From NCBI GenBank assembly GCA_040393085.1, contig JBEBUV010000018.1, positions 7,933-71,932 on the forward strand: DNA of 64,000 bases, written 5' to 3'. Position numbers and translations under genes: made by a program. Positions 39,106 through 48,739 of the stretch are shown in pieces (the first letter of the stretch is position 1; each line of letters opens with the position of its first letter). The notes beneath the pieces were generated by a model. It had not been told where the DNA came from. It made no database searches and saw only the letters and a program-made list of their open reading frames with translations. The DNA is from Pedobacter hiemivivus. GTDB lineage: Bacteria; Bacteroidota; Bacteroidia; Sphingobacteriales; Sphingobacteriaceae.

Positions 39106-39153
39106 ACATAATACAGGACGTATCAATGATATATGATACGTCCTGTATTATGT
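39106..39153. repeat. Perfect 20-bp inverted repeat between convergent GH78 and GH20 (terminator or REP-like)
   Basis: ACATAATACAGGACGTATCA-8 nt-TGATACGTCCTGTATTATGT; no long U tract. Confidence 0.75.
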
Positions 39154-39177
39154 TTCTATTATATCTTTAGAATGCTA

Positions 39178-41373
39178 TTATCTCTTTAAAAAAGCAGCAC
39201 CTTTGGTGTCTCCACCACTTACTTTTGCTTTGATCTGATAAGCTGCACCGGTTTCATAATCATTAACGTTAAATTTATAGATATTATCCTTTGGTGATGC
39301 CCCTGCAAAACCCTCATGAGCATCTTCAGCGATCTTCTTACCATTTTTAAAAACTTCAATAGATTGGATATTTAATCCTGAATCACCTTTAACATGCCAG
39401 AATGACAACTGGTAGGCCCCATTGGCATTAATTTTTCCGCTCGCATCAATTTCCAAAACAGCATTATTTGATTTTATTGTTTCTGGCCTCCATTCTATCA
39501 CCATTTTACCGGAAGACTTATATTTATCATAATTTTCCGGGAAGTATAAAGGCAATGAATACTGCTCTCTGTTAACCATTGTAATTGCATAAAAATCACT
39601 CAGATCTTTAACTTTAACCGGGCCAGTGTAAATTGGCGAGTAAACATTTGCTCTTGTACCATCGGTAGTATATCTAATTACTGCACCTTTAACCGGATTT
39701 TCTAACTTCAAAGTGTAACCATCTGATCCTTTATCATTAGCAACCAGATTAGGCAAAGGCACACGATAACCATAACCAGCCTGGTCATAACGACCATAGT
39801 GACTGCTTATACGTTTTTCGAAATCTTTAAAGTTTTGTTTATTTACTGGCGTCCAGCAAACTTCTGCTAATGCAGCCATTCGTGGAAATGTGAGGTAATC
39901 GAAATACTTTTCAGAACGGTTTTCATTTATTCTAGGTAATTCCTGTAAAATAGTACCATGAATAAACTGATCAGACCATAATGCACCTTGTGCACCTAAT
40001 ATCAGTGGTTTATATTTTTCATCCAACCCCGGTAACATTGGATTTAACTGATAAGCTTTTTCAAGTGAAATTGGTGCAAGCCATGTAGCTCCCTTTATTT
40101 CACCTTCAATATTACTTTCGGGTACGTCAAAATAACTATTTGCAGTTAATGCCATTACTGATGAATGACCAGCTTGTGCTGCTTTTAGTGCTTTACTAGG
40201 CTCATGCCAAATCATACCAACAACCTTTCCCTCTAATCCATCCTCAATCATTTCATCCCACCCTACAATAGTTTTACCATACTTAGCCACCATTTTCTGA
40301 ACGCGGTTGGTAACATAATTACGCAATTCCTTTTCTGTTTTTAGGTTTAAATCAGTTTTACGTTTCTGACAATGCGGACATGCTTTCCAGCGGTCGTAAT
40401 GGGCTTCATCGCCACCAATATGTACATATTTTGAAGGGAATAATGCAAAGGTTTCCGCAAAAACATCAGCAAGGAATTCAAAGGTTGATTCTTTACCCGC
40501 ACATAGTAATTCTCTACTAATAGAATGTTGAGTTTGTACCGTATATTGATCTCCGGTGCAACATAAATAAGGATATGCGGCAACAGCCGCTAAACTATGT
40601 GCTGGCAATTCAATTTCTGGTATCACCTCTACGTTTCGGGCCGCAGCATAGGCTACTATTTCTTTAATATCATCTTGAGTATAATATCCGCCCTGACGTT
40701 GTGCACCAAGACCACTCCATGCTCCTATTGAAGTTAATTTAGGATATTTCTTGATTTCTAAACGCCATCCCGAATCATCGGTCAGGTGAAAATGTAATAC
40801 ATTCAACTTGTACATGGCCATCTGATCCACAAAACGCAGCACATACTCCTTACTGAAGAAGTACCTTGCAACATCCAGCATCATCCCTCTCCAGGCAGTA
40901 TATAATGGTGCATCTTCAATTTCAACACCTTTAACTTTCCAGGACACTCCCTTTTGACGTTGCTTATTATAAATTTCAGATGGTAACAATTGCAGAACAG
41001 TTTGAATACCATAAAAAACGCCCGCTGGGCTGCCACCATTAATAGCAATCTTATCATTGTTAACTAATAAACGGTACCCCTCTTTATTTGCAGCTAATGT
41101 TTTATCCAAGCGTAATACAATACCTTTCTGAGCAGGATTTTTCAATTCTGTTATTACAAAATCATAACCTGTTGCAGGAGAAAGTGCTAGCGAAAGCAAT
41201 TCTGCCTGTTGTTTCAGACCTTTCTCATAATATATAGGAGTTGATTTATTGATTGTAAATGAATTGTTCGTTTCTTTTACCTGTTTAGGAAGCGGTATAA
41301 TATCCAGTTGGGCAAAAATTGGAGAAGCGTTAAAAAACGCCAGGAAAAACAACAGCCACTTATTTAGTTTCAT
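39178..41373 (-). CDS. GH20 beta-N-acetylhexosaminidase with C-terminal Fn3-like and extra beta-sandwich domains
   Basis: WRGMMLDVAR, HFHLTDD.GWR, PEIELPAHS, catalytic HIGGDEA, GAQGALWSD, IRYTTDG. Confidence 0.93.
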   Translation of the reverse strand: MKLNKWLLFFLAFFNASPIFAQLDIIPLPKQVKETNNSFTINKSTPIYYEKGLKQQAELLSLALSPATGYDFVITELKNPAQKGIVLRLDKTLAANKEGYRLLVNNDKIAINGGSPAGVFYGIQTVLQLLPSEIYNKQRQKGVSWKVKGVEIEDAPLYTAWRGMMLDVARYFFSKEYVLRFVDQMAMYKLNVLHFHLTDDSGWRLEIKKYPKLTSIGAWSGLGAQRQGGYYTQDDIKEIVAYAAARNVEVIPEIELPAHSLAAVAAYPYLCCTGDQYTVQTQHSISRELLCAGKESTFEFLADVFAETFALFPSKYVHIGGDEAHYDRWKACPHCQKRKTDLNLKTEKELRNYVTNRVQKMVAKYGKTIVGWDEMIEDGLEGKVVGMIWHEPSKALKAAQAGHSSVMALTANSYFDVPESNIEGEIKGATWLAPISLEKAYQLNPMLPGLDEKYKPLILGAQGALWSDQFIHGTILQELPRINENRSEKYFDYLTFPRMAALAEVCWTPVNKQNFKDFEKRISSHYGRYDQAGYGYRVPLPNLVANDKGSDGYTLKLENPVKGAVIRYTTDGTRANVYSPIYTGPVKVKDLSDFYAITMVNREQYSLPLYFPENYDKYKSSGKMVIEWRPETIKSNNAVLEIDASGKINANGAYQLSFWHVKGDSGLNIQSIEVFKNGKKIAEDAHEGFAGASPKDNIYKFNVNDYETGAAYQIKAKVSGGDTKGAAFLKR

Positions 41374-41491
41374 ACGTGTTATATTTAGCTTAAGTAATTA
41401 ATGGTTTTGAAAGCAATTAAAATTTAATGCTCCAGAACAATAATAATGAATTATTTAACTAAAAATGACACCATAAAATAAGTAGTAATAA

Positions 41492-41527
41492 CGCAAACGT
41501 TTGTTTTAATCATTACAAACGTTTGCG
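41492..41527. promoter_or_regulatory. Twin LacI-like operators (CAAACGTTTG x2) arranged as a 12-bp inverted repeat
   Basis: CGCAAACGTTTG (41492-41503) and CAAACGTTTGCG (41516-41527), upstream of GH20 and just after the histidine kinase stop. Confidence 0.6.
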
Positions 41528-41532
41528 CTATT

Positions 41533-43668
41533 TTATGCGCTATAGTCGAGGATTTTCTCAATCAGCTCAATTTCTGTGAAAGGTTTTATGATATAATCAT
41601 TTAAACCGGCAGATAGATACATTTCATGTGCTTCCTCGTTCACTTGTCCAGTTATCGCAATTATAGGAATTTTAGCATTTTGCTGGTCGGTATTTGCTCT
41701 AATGCGCTTTGCAAATTCAATTCCATCCATTTCTGGCATCTGAATATCTGTAAGCACCATGTCGTATTTATTCTTTTCAATCAATAAGAGCGCATCTTCA
41801 GCACTTGTGGCTGAATCAAAGCTAATTCCATGCTTTTTAAAGATCATTTTTATCACCAGTAAATTCATTTCTGAATCGTCGACTGTTAAAACATGAATAT
41901 TTTTAAAACGGTCACTGTTGATAATTCGCTCTTTATGATCTTCAAGGTCCTCTTCTCCCTCTGTTAATACTTTATATGGTAACTCCACAATAAAAGTTGT
42001 CCCTTTACCCAAAATACTTTCAACAAAGATTTTTCCCTTATGTAGGTCAACCAGTTTCTTACTAATTGTTAAACCTAATCCCGATCCAATCTGCCAATCC
42101 TGACGTTTAGAATCGATCACCTGCGAAAATTCATTAAAAATAAGTGGGATATTTACCGGCGCAATACCTATTCCAGTATCCTTAACCTTAATAGTTAACA
42201 ATATATTCTGTGCATCACTATTTTTCACTTCTACAATGATACTCACCTTTCCTTTATCCGTAAACTTTATAGCATTGGCAGTCAGGTTGGTAATAATCTG
42301 TTTCAAGCGATAAGGGTCGCCATCTACCAATAAATCAGGTGTATCTTCTTGTAATAGCTCGAGTTCCAGTTTTTTCTGCTCAGCCAACACCATTGTTGTA
42401 TCCACTACCTCTTTTAAAATCCTCTTATAACGGAAAGGTGTTTTAGCTAATGATAACTTTTTGGCTTCCAATCTGGAGAAATCAAGAATTTCGTTTACGG
42501 CAGACAAAAGCATAGATGAAGAACTATCCAGCAATTTCGACATAGGAAGTTGATCTTCATTTAAGGGGGTTGATTTTAATTGTTCAGAAACACCAATGAT
42601 GGCATTTAATGGTGTACGCATTTCATGACTGATGTTTGTAAAGAAACGCGATTTACTTATTACTTGTTCTGCAGCAAGGTTATTCGCTTTAATAGTTTTA
42701 CTATACGCCCGGAATAATTTATATAACAGGATAATAATAATCAGATAAGAGGCTAAACTTATTACAAAATTAAGCTTGCTTGACCAATCTATATTATCTA
42801 ACGAATTCTTTGCTTTATTCTTAAGTTCGATCTTTCTTGCGGCCTCATTTAAAGCGACACTACTTTTATATTCCCTAAACAGCAGTTTTATATTCTCAAA
42901 TATCCGCTCATTTAACGATAAAATTTCCTGCTCTTTTTCGGTAAGCCGGGCATGATTCATCTTCTGATCATTCAACAAACCTTTGTAGTAATCACCAATT
43001 TTTTGCAGTTGTTGCTTATTATATGCCTTTACACCATTATCTATGGGCTCGTAGGTAGTTTCAGTTTTTCTGAATCTGGAAGTATCAACAGGATCCTTTT
43101 CGTTTAAAATGGCACTTTTAATTCGCTGGAATAACTTTTTCTTTTTAACCTCTGGTTCTGTCTTAATTTCCTCAACTTCAACTACTTTCTTTAAAGTTGC
43201 TTTAGGCAAAGCTTTGTCAGGTACAATACTATTACTGATCTTATTTACATTAAGCTGCAGATTGATATTAGTAATGGAATCAGCAAGTTGCTTAATTTCA
43301 GCATAGAGTGACATTTGCTTGCGTTTGCTTTGTAGGTCGCCCACTATACTGCCGGAAATATCTTTTCTACCATCAGTTGATAAGCTAGTCAACAAACCGA
43401 TAATTGTCTTTATCTCATCCGTATATTTCGTAAAATATTCCGGACTCCATAAGGAAGTATACATCCTGAAATTATTCTCTGCGATCTGTAGACTTAATGT
43501 GATGGAATCTAATTTAGATATTTGCCTATTGTTTACTTCGAGTTCACTAAGAGTCCCGATTAAAGCATTTTTTTCGGTTCGCTGAATAATAGAATTGCGG
43601 AATAACAACGTTATAAAGACAATTATAATCCCAAATATAACCAGAAAAGAACGCTGTTTTTTTTTCAT
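41533..43668 (-). CDS. Hybrid sensor histidine kinase / response regulator (2 TM, HisKA, HATPase, REC)
   Basis: NISHEMRTPLNAI, RLKQIITNLTANAIKFT, DTGIGI, GSGLGL, VDDSEMN, LTDIQMPEMDG; start trimmed to MKKKQ. Confidence 0.93.
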   Translation of the reverse strand: MKKKQRSFLVIFGIIIVFITLLFRNSIIQRTEKNALIGTLSELEVNNRQISKLDSITLSLQIAENNFRMYTSLWSPEYFTKYTDEIKTIIGLLTSLSTDGRKDISGSIVGDLQSKRKQMSLYAEIKQLADSITNINLQLNVNKISNSIVPDKALPKATLKKVVEVEEIKTEPEVKKKKLFQRIKSAILNEKDPVDTSRFRKTETTYEPIDNGVKAYNKQQLQKIGDYYKGLLNDQKMNHARLTEKEQEILSLNERIFENIKLLFREYKSSVALNEAARKIELKNKAKNSLDNIDWSSKLNFVISLASYLIIIILLYKLFRAYSKTIKANNLAAEQVISKSRFFTNISHEMRTPLNAIIGVSEQLKSTPLNEDQLPMSKLLDSSSSMLLSAVNEILDFSRLEAKKLSLAKTPFRYKRILKEVVDTTMVLAEQKKLELELLQEDTPDLLVDGDPYRLKQIITNLTANAIKFTDKGKVSIIVEVKNSDAQNILLTIKVKDTGIGIAPVNIPLIFNEFSQVIDSKRQDWQIGSGLGLTISKKLVDLHKGKIFVESILGKGTTFIVELPYKVLTEGEEDLEDHKERIINSDRFKNIHVLTVDDSEMNLLVIKMIFKKHGISFDSATSAEDALLLIEKNKYDMVLTDIQMPEMDGIEFAKRIRANTDQQNAKIPIIAITGQVNEEAHEMYLSAGLNDYIIKPFTEIELIEKILDYSA

Positions 43669-43935
43669 TAATGTACACCTAAAATCAAAGCGTTTTTGTA
43701 ATACAAAAACCAATTGCAATCGCCAATAAGCATGCCAAACAAATATCTAAAAAATATTTTAACAACAATTTAACTAAACACAATTAATTACGAGAATATC
43801 AAAAGAATATCATCGTTTAATGACAGATCGATTTCATCATACACCATTTCACTATCTATCTAATTAACATATAATTAGCATTTAAGACGCGTAGAGCCGC
43901 TATTTTAAATAAATTATTAATCAGCATCAAATTTA

Positions 43936-43968
43936 TTTGTTTTAAAGCATCAAAAACAATTATATTGC
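43936..43968 (+). promoter_or_regulatory. Probable -33 (TTTG) / -7 (TATATTGC) promoter of the cold-shock gene
   Basis: 21-nt spacing; the -7 element deviates from TAnnTTTG at its last two bases. Confidence 0.4.
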
Positions 43969-44032
43969 ATTGTTGTTTATATAGCAACAGAATAATAACC
44001 TCCTATATTTAAATTTTTAAATTAACATTGCA

Positions 44033-44224
44033 ATGCCAGAAGGAACAGTAAAATTTTTCAATGAGTCAAAAGGATTTGGATTCATCGTACCAGAAAATGG
44101 TGAACCAGAAATATTTGTACACGTTACAGGCCTTATTGATAAGGTAAGAGAAAACGACCGCGTTACATACGAGGTTGAAAATGGAAAAAAAGGATTGAAT
44201 GCTACTAATGTAAAACTTAGCTAA
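44033..44224 (+). CDS. Cold-shock protein (CSD)
   Basis: GTVKFFNESKGFGFI (RNP1), EIFVHVTGL (RNP2). Confidence 0.96.
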   Translation: MPEGTVKFFNESKGFGFIVPENGEPEIFVHVTGLIDKVRENDRVTYEVENGKKGLNATNVKLS

Positions 44225-44241
44225 AACAAGCATCCTTATGT

Positions 44242-44274
44242 AAAAGCATCCAAATATTTGGATGCTTTTTTTTT
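44242..44274 (+). terminator. Terminator of the cold-shock gene
   Basis: AAAAGCATCCAAA-TA-TTTGGATGCTTTT followed by a U tract. Confidence 0.88.
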
Positions 44275-44368
44275 GAAATTTCAGACCTTACAATACCCCA
44301 AAAACACTCTCACTTAAACTTATATTAAATATATAATACCTATATTTATATGAGTAGCAGCCTCTTTC

Positions 44369-45955
44369 ATGAAGTACATAATAATAGCCTTTCTTTGTTT
44401 ATCTACTTTATCCTGTTCAAAAAAAAAGATAAAGGAAGATAAAACATCTTTAGACATTGAGGTACCAGCTATCCCGGGCACCCCCTCCACTACTCCTTTC
44501 TCTGAATTTCTTGGCATAAATGCTTTTGAATGGGATTTTGTAGACCCTGCATCTCCAGAAACAATAGACGAATCAAAATTCGAAATAATTAAATCATTTT
44601 CTGGAATTCGTCATTATCTGGATTGGGAAAAAGTTGAATCTGAAGAAGGCAAGTATACCTTTAGTCCAGCTCATTCTGGTGGCTGGGATTATGATCTGAT
44701 ATATCAACGGATGAAAGATGGAGCTATGGATGTCATCATAGACATTAAAACTTGTCCAGAATGGTTAGTCAACACTTATCCGAGCGATCAAAGGGATGGA
44801 GAGAATGTACCTGCTCCTTATGGCTTAAACAGATCAGATCCGGCATCTTATATACAACAGGCAAGAGCAGCTTTCCAGTTAGCCGCCAGATATGGTACGA
44901 ATAAAAATGTCGATCCTTCATTAGTTACTGTCAACTCTTCAGTGCGGTGGACAGCCGACAGGCCGAATGTTGTAAGAATAGGACTTGGAACAGTTAAATA
45001 TATAGAGTGTGATAATGAGCGCGACAAATGGTGGAAAGGTCCAAAAGCTCAGCAATCTCCAGAAGAATATGCCGCAAATATGTCAGCTTTTTATGATGGA
45101 AATAAAGGCAAGTTAGGAAAAAATGTAGGTGTTAAAACTGCTGATCCAAATATGATGGTCGTAATGGGTGGATTAGCAAATCCTGACCCTGAATTTGTTA
45201 TAAAAATGATTGAATGGTGTAGAAAAAACAGAGGAACCAAGGCCGATGGCTCTGTAGATTTATGTTTTGATATTATCAATTATCACTTTTATGCCAATGA
45301 TGCCAATACAAATAATGGAAATGCAACCGTTGGTATCGCTCCAGAACTTTCCTTAAATGCTAAAATCGCGAAAGAGTTTACTGATATGTCTAATAAATAC
45401 GCCAATAATATGCCTGTATGGATTACAGAGGCTGGATATGATGTTGGTAAAAACACTCCACAGCGTGCAATTCCTATTGGTAGTAAAAATTCGCAGGTTA
45501 CACAGGCAGATTGGAATTTACGTACTTCATTTTTGTACGCAAGAAACGGGTTGAAAAAATCCATATTTTATATGCTTGACGATGTAGATATTAATAGTAC
45601 AACGCAATATTCATCATCTGGTTTTGTAAACTCAAATGGTAGCAAGAGACCTTCTGCAGATTATTTCTTACAAACAAAGAAGCTTATTGGTAATTACACT
45701 TATAATTCAACGCTAAACAGTGACCCAATTGTAGATCTATATAAATTAGACAAAAAAGAGGTTTACGTACTTACAATTCCAGATCAAAAAGGAAGAACAG
45801 CAACTTATGAACTTAATCTGGGTGATGCCAAACAAGCTATTATCCATACCTTACAAATCGGAAAAAATGAAATGCTCAGTAAAACAGTAAATACTACAAA
45901 TGGGAAGCTTCAAGTCGCAGTGACAGAAACTCCCATTTTTGTTGAAAAACTGTAA
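44369..45955 (+). CDS. Uncharacterised lipoprotein with a clan GH-A-like TIM barrel (GH39/GH5-like)
   Basis: Lipobox LSC; candidate acid/base ECDNERD, candidate nucleophile WITEAGYD, FDIINYHFY, GGLA; C-terminal beta-sandwich ending VTETPIFV. Confidence 0.7.
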   Translation: MKYIIIAFLCLSTLSCSKKKIKEDKTSLDIEVPAIPGTPSTTPFSEFLGINAFEWDFVDPASPETIDESKFEIIKSFSGIRHYLDWEKVESEEGKYTFSPAHSGGWDYDLIYQRMKDGAMDVIIDIKTCPEWLVNTYPSDQRDGENVPAPYGLNRSDPASYIQQARAAFQLAARYGTNKNVDPSLVTVNSSVRWTADRPNVVRIGLGTVKYIECDNERDKWWKGPKAQQSPEEYAANMSAFYDGNKGKLGKNVGVKTADPNMMVVMGGLANPDPEFVIKMIEWCRKNRGTKADGSVDLCFDIINYHFYANDANTNNGNATVGIAPELSLNAKIAKEFTDMSNKYANNMPVWITEAGYDVGKNTPQRAIPIGSKNSQVTQADWNLRTSFLYARNGLKKSIFYMLDDVDINSTTQYSSSGFVNSNGSKRPSADYFLQTKKLIGNYTYNSTLNSDPIVDLYKLDKKEVYVLTIPDQKGRTATYELNLGDAKQAIIHTLQIGKNEMLSKTVNTTNGKLQVAVTETPIFVEKL

Positions 45956-45956
45956 A

Positions 45957-46457
45957 TTAGTTTTGTATAGAAGCGATTGATGGTTGAATAGCAACCTTAA
46001 GCTTTGCCATTTTGGATTGATGCTTTTCAATTTTACGTTCCAGAGAAACGATACTTTTGTTCAAACTCTTCAGCGCATTTGCAGCTGCTCTCGCTTTCTT
46101 TGCACTACTCCTGGCCTCTGAAGAAAGCTTGTCAGCTTTCTTCGCTAATTTCTTCTCCAATGGATCTTTACTTAATTGCCTTGCAACTTTATTATTTTCA
46201 TTGGCAAGCTTTTGAGCAATAGCCTCAGTCTCCTCTTTAACTTTCGTTTTCTCTTCTACCTGGCTTTTCAGGTTAGCTAATTTTAATGAATCTTTGCTAA
46301 ACTCCTGAACCAGCTTTACTAGTGCAATGGAATCCTTGTTAACTTTAATTTTTTCACCATTCTCAACAAAGTAATCGGTTTTACTTTGCTCTGCGTATAC
46401 ACAATTGGACATCATGATGATAGAAAACATCACCAACAAAGATTTTAAGAAGCTCAT
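45957..46457 (-). CDS. Secreted Lys/Ala-rich coiled-coil hypothetical protein
   Basis: Signal peptide (MSFLKSLL...VYA), heptad-rich body; TATCTTTG -7 element at 46490-46483 supports the trimmed start. Confidence 0.75.
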   Translation of the reverse strand: MSFLKSLLVMFSIIMMSNCVYAEQSKTDYFVENGEKIKVNKDSIALVKLVQEFSKDSLKLANLKSQVEEKTKVKEETEAIAQKLANENNKVARQLSKDPLEKKLAKKADKLSSEARSSAKKARAAANALKSLNKSIVSLERKIEKHQSKMAKLKVAIQPSIASIQN

Positions 46458-46632
46458 ATTTAGATAATAAATGTTTATTCTGCAAAGATATGATATAATA
46501 TAATAATAATAATAAAAGGCAGCCTTTTTAGAATGCCTCCAGAAAATTTTCAACTTTCGGGAAGCACTACATTTCAGACTGCCTTTAAAATTAGGGTACT
46601 AGCAATACTATTTCCACTGTATTATTTTATCA

Positions 46633-47316
46633 TTATGGAATTAGTGTCTCTAAATACTCCGTAGTCACGAGCGTATCAATATCTGTTGCGGCAAGAAGAT
46701 ACTTGGTTTTACTACGTACAATTCCACCTTTCTTAGCGTTTGTCAGTGGATAACGGCTGGTTACTAAAACCTCCTCAGTGAACTGTCCGTCGTTCTGCTC
46801 ATAGCTCAGTAGATTACCAACTGAACCAATTCTATTTTCAAATATAACTTCATCTACTTTAGCTGAAAAACTTACTTGAGAATTCAACAAAGTGGACACA
46901 TAAGTTGATCCGTAAATAAATGCACCCTCGCTATCTTTTAAAGATCTGTTTCCAAACACATCCACATTTTGTGATTCCAGCAGCAGGTTACCCTCAATTT
47001 TAGGTAAATCTATAATAGTAAAATAACACTTTAAATCCTTATCATAATTACCATCAACATAATCCATCCTTACAGAATCTCTAATTCCACTGGTTACATT
47101 CCATTTTAAAATGCAATAGGAACGATTAACATCTTCAGCCGGATAAATATTTACTCTTAACCTGTAATATCCAGACTGAGTATTCGATTCACTTATTTTC
47201 CCGGCATAAACAATTGGCCCATCCTTTATATATTGATCCAACAAATCATTTGCATTATCACAACTCACTAAAAACAAAGCTAATATGACTGTAGCTTTAT
47301 ATAAATATCTATTCAT
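46633..47316 (-). CDS. PUL-associated lipoprotein (DUF4998-like)
   Basis: Lipobox LVSC, YIKDGPIVYAGK, SGYYR, DVFGNRSL; last gene of the SusC/D operon. Confidence 0.75.
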   Translation of the reverse strand: MNRYLYKATVILALFLVSCDNANDLLDQYIKDGPIVYAGKISESNTQSGYYRLRVNIYPAEDVNRSYCILKWNVTSGIRDSVRMDYVDGNYDKDLKCYFTIIDLPKIEGNLLLESQNVDVFGNRSLKDSEGAFIYGSTYVSTLLNSQVSFSAKVDEVIFENRIGSVGNLLSYEQNDGQFTEEVLVTSRYPLTNAKKGGIVRSKTKYLLAATDIDTLVTTEYLETLIP

Positions 47317-47349
47317 AATTTCAACTTTAATTTATAATACCTTTTTGAG

Positions 47350-48714
47350 TTAATAAAATTTCTGAATATCTCCGAACATTTGAAATTCATTAATAGTATA
47401 AAAAGATTCATTCTTGTTATAAGACTCCATCAATTGAAGTCGCATATAACGAAAAGTGTCAGTTGTACGTGCGTTTGGATTTACATTATCTTCACTAATT
47501 GAATATTCTTGATTAACATTGAAATACTCAATTTCTTCAGGTGTTAAATTATTCACATCCGCTGGATCTTTCCCAACATATTCACCAATTAACGTCCATG
47601 TTTCTGGGAATTTTGCCCATCGTTGACTATTAGCATCATTCGTACCCCATATTCTGAAACGTTTTGGGCTACTTCTATTATAAGTATAAGCAGTACCAGT
47701 CCGCGGAAATATTTTAATCCGACTTAATCGTACTTCCATATTCAAATCTAAAGTTGTATAAACGTCATGTACTGTTATTTGATTTGCAGCATCAGTATCT
47801 GAAAGGTTTTTAACAAATTTATAGATTAACGTTTCAGACCCAGTCTTCACGCCATTAAACATTCTTTTACCTACATATGCTGCAGCATGAGCATTTCCGT
47901 CATTTTGAATTCCAGTTGCTTTATTAACACCATACACACCATAATCCCGTCTACCGTTAAATAAAGTAGGATTAAAAAAAGAGACTTCTTTTACCAGGTT
48001 ATAATCAATTTCTTCTTCTTTATAAGGAGTTATAAGATTGATCAAAGTGTCTGTTCTGTTCCCCCATTTATCAGACACAGTAAAACCAAACTTTTTTTCT
48101 TTTGAAGGGTATTGACGAACGTATGAAAAGGTATTAACCGAGTCTCTGGTATATATTGTCTTAGTTGGATCTTCCACTAACGTAACAACACCTTTTTCCA
48201 ACACATCTTCCACTAGAACATGAATTATAAATGGATTTGCATTTGAATTATTCCATACAACTTTAATTCCACCGAATGCAGGTTCTATGATCATCGTACT
48301 CAAAGCAAGTTCAACCGGTGAAATTAAAGGTGCTGCTTTAACAAGATTGATCTCTGATTTATTTCCACTAGCATCAAGACATGCTAATTCAACAGTCACC
48401 TCATCAGTTCCAGTAAAACCTTCAACCAAAATAGAAGAGCTGTATCTGGAAACTTTAAATTCCATTTTCTCCCCTTTTCTATTCAGGTATGTAGCAACTA
48501 CCTGATCAATATTCGGATTTCCTTTTGGAAGAGAGAAAAATATTTCCAATGCACCCGATTTAGAAACAACCCTATTAACTGTAACTTTTTCAGGATTACC
48601 TGATGTAGTCTTTACTTGCTCTATTCCTAAATAAGATTGAGTACAAGATACCACTATCGAGGAGGTAATTAATACCCCCAGGAAAGCACCTATATATCTA
48701 TTCATTTTTATCAT
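47350..48714 (-). CDS. PUL-associated lipoprotein (DUF4959/DUF5126/DUF5000-like, C-terminal discoidin-like domain)
   Basis: Lipobox VVSC, SGALEIFF, PAFGGIKVVWNN, DKWGNRTD, PKRFRIWGTN, FRYMR. Confidence 0.75.
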   Translation of the reverse strand: MIKMNRYIGAFLGVLITSSIVVSCTQSYLGIEQVKTTSGNPEKVTVNRVVSKSGALEIFFSLPKGNPNIDQVVATYLNRKGEKMEFKVSRYSSSILVEGFTGTDEVTVELACLDASGNKSEINLVKAAPLISPVELALSTMIIEPAFGGIKVVWNNSNANPFIIHVLVEDVLEKGVVTLVEDPTKTIYTRDSVNTFSYVRQYPSKEKKFGFTVSDKWGNRTDTLINLITPYKEEEIDYNLVKEVSFFNPTLFNGRRDYGVYGVNKATGIQNDGNAHAAAYVGKRMFNGVKTGSETLIYKFVKNLSDTDAANQITVHDVYTTLDLNMEVRLSRIKIFPRTGTAYTYNRSSPKRFRIWGTNDANSQRWAKFPETWTLIGEYVGKDPADVNNLTPEEIEYFNVNQEYSISEDNVNPNARTTDTFRYMRLQLMESYNKNESFYTINEFQMFGDIQKFY

Positions 48715-48739
48715 TTTTAAATAAATTAATCATTAAGAA

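Noticed and set aside
43657-43665. T9 tract (A9 on the coding strand) at the kinase 5' end, and a similar tract in ubiX (23531-23539), as phase-variation sites
   Set aside because: Both encode ordinary N-terminal Lys runs in intact frames; no sign of slippage.
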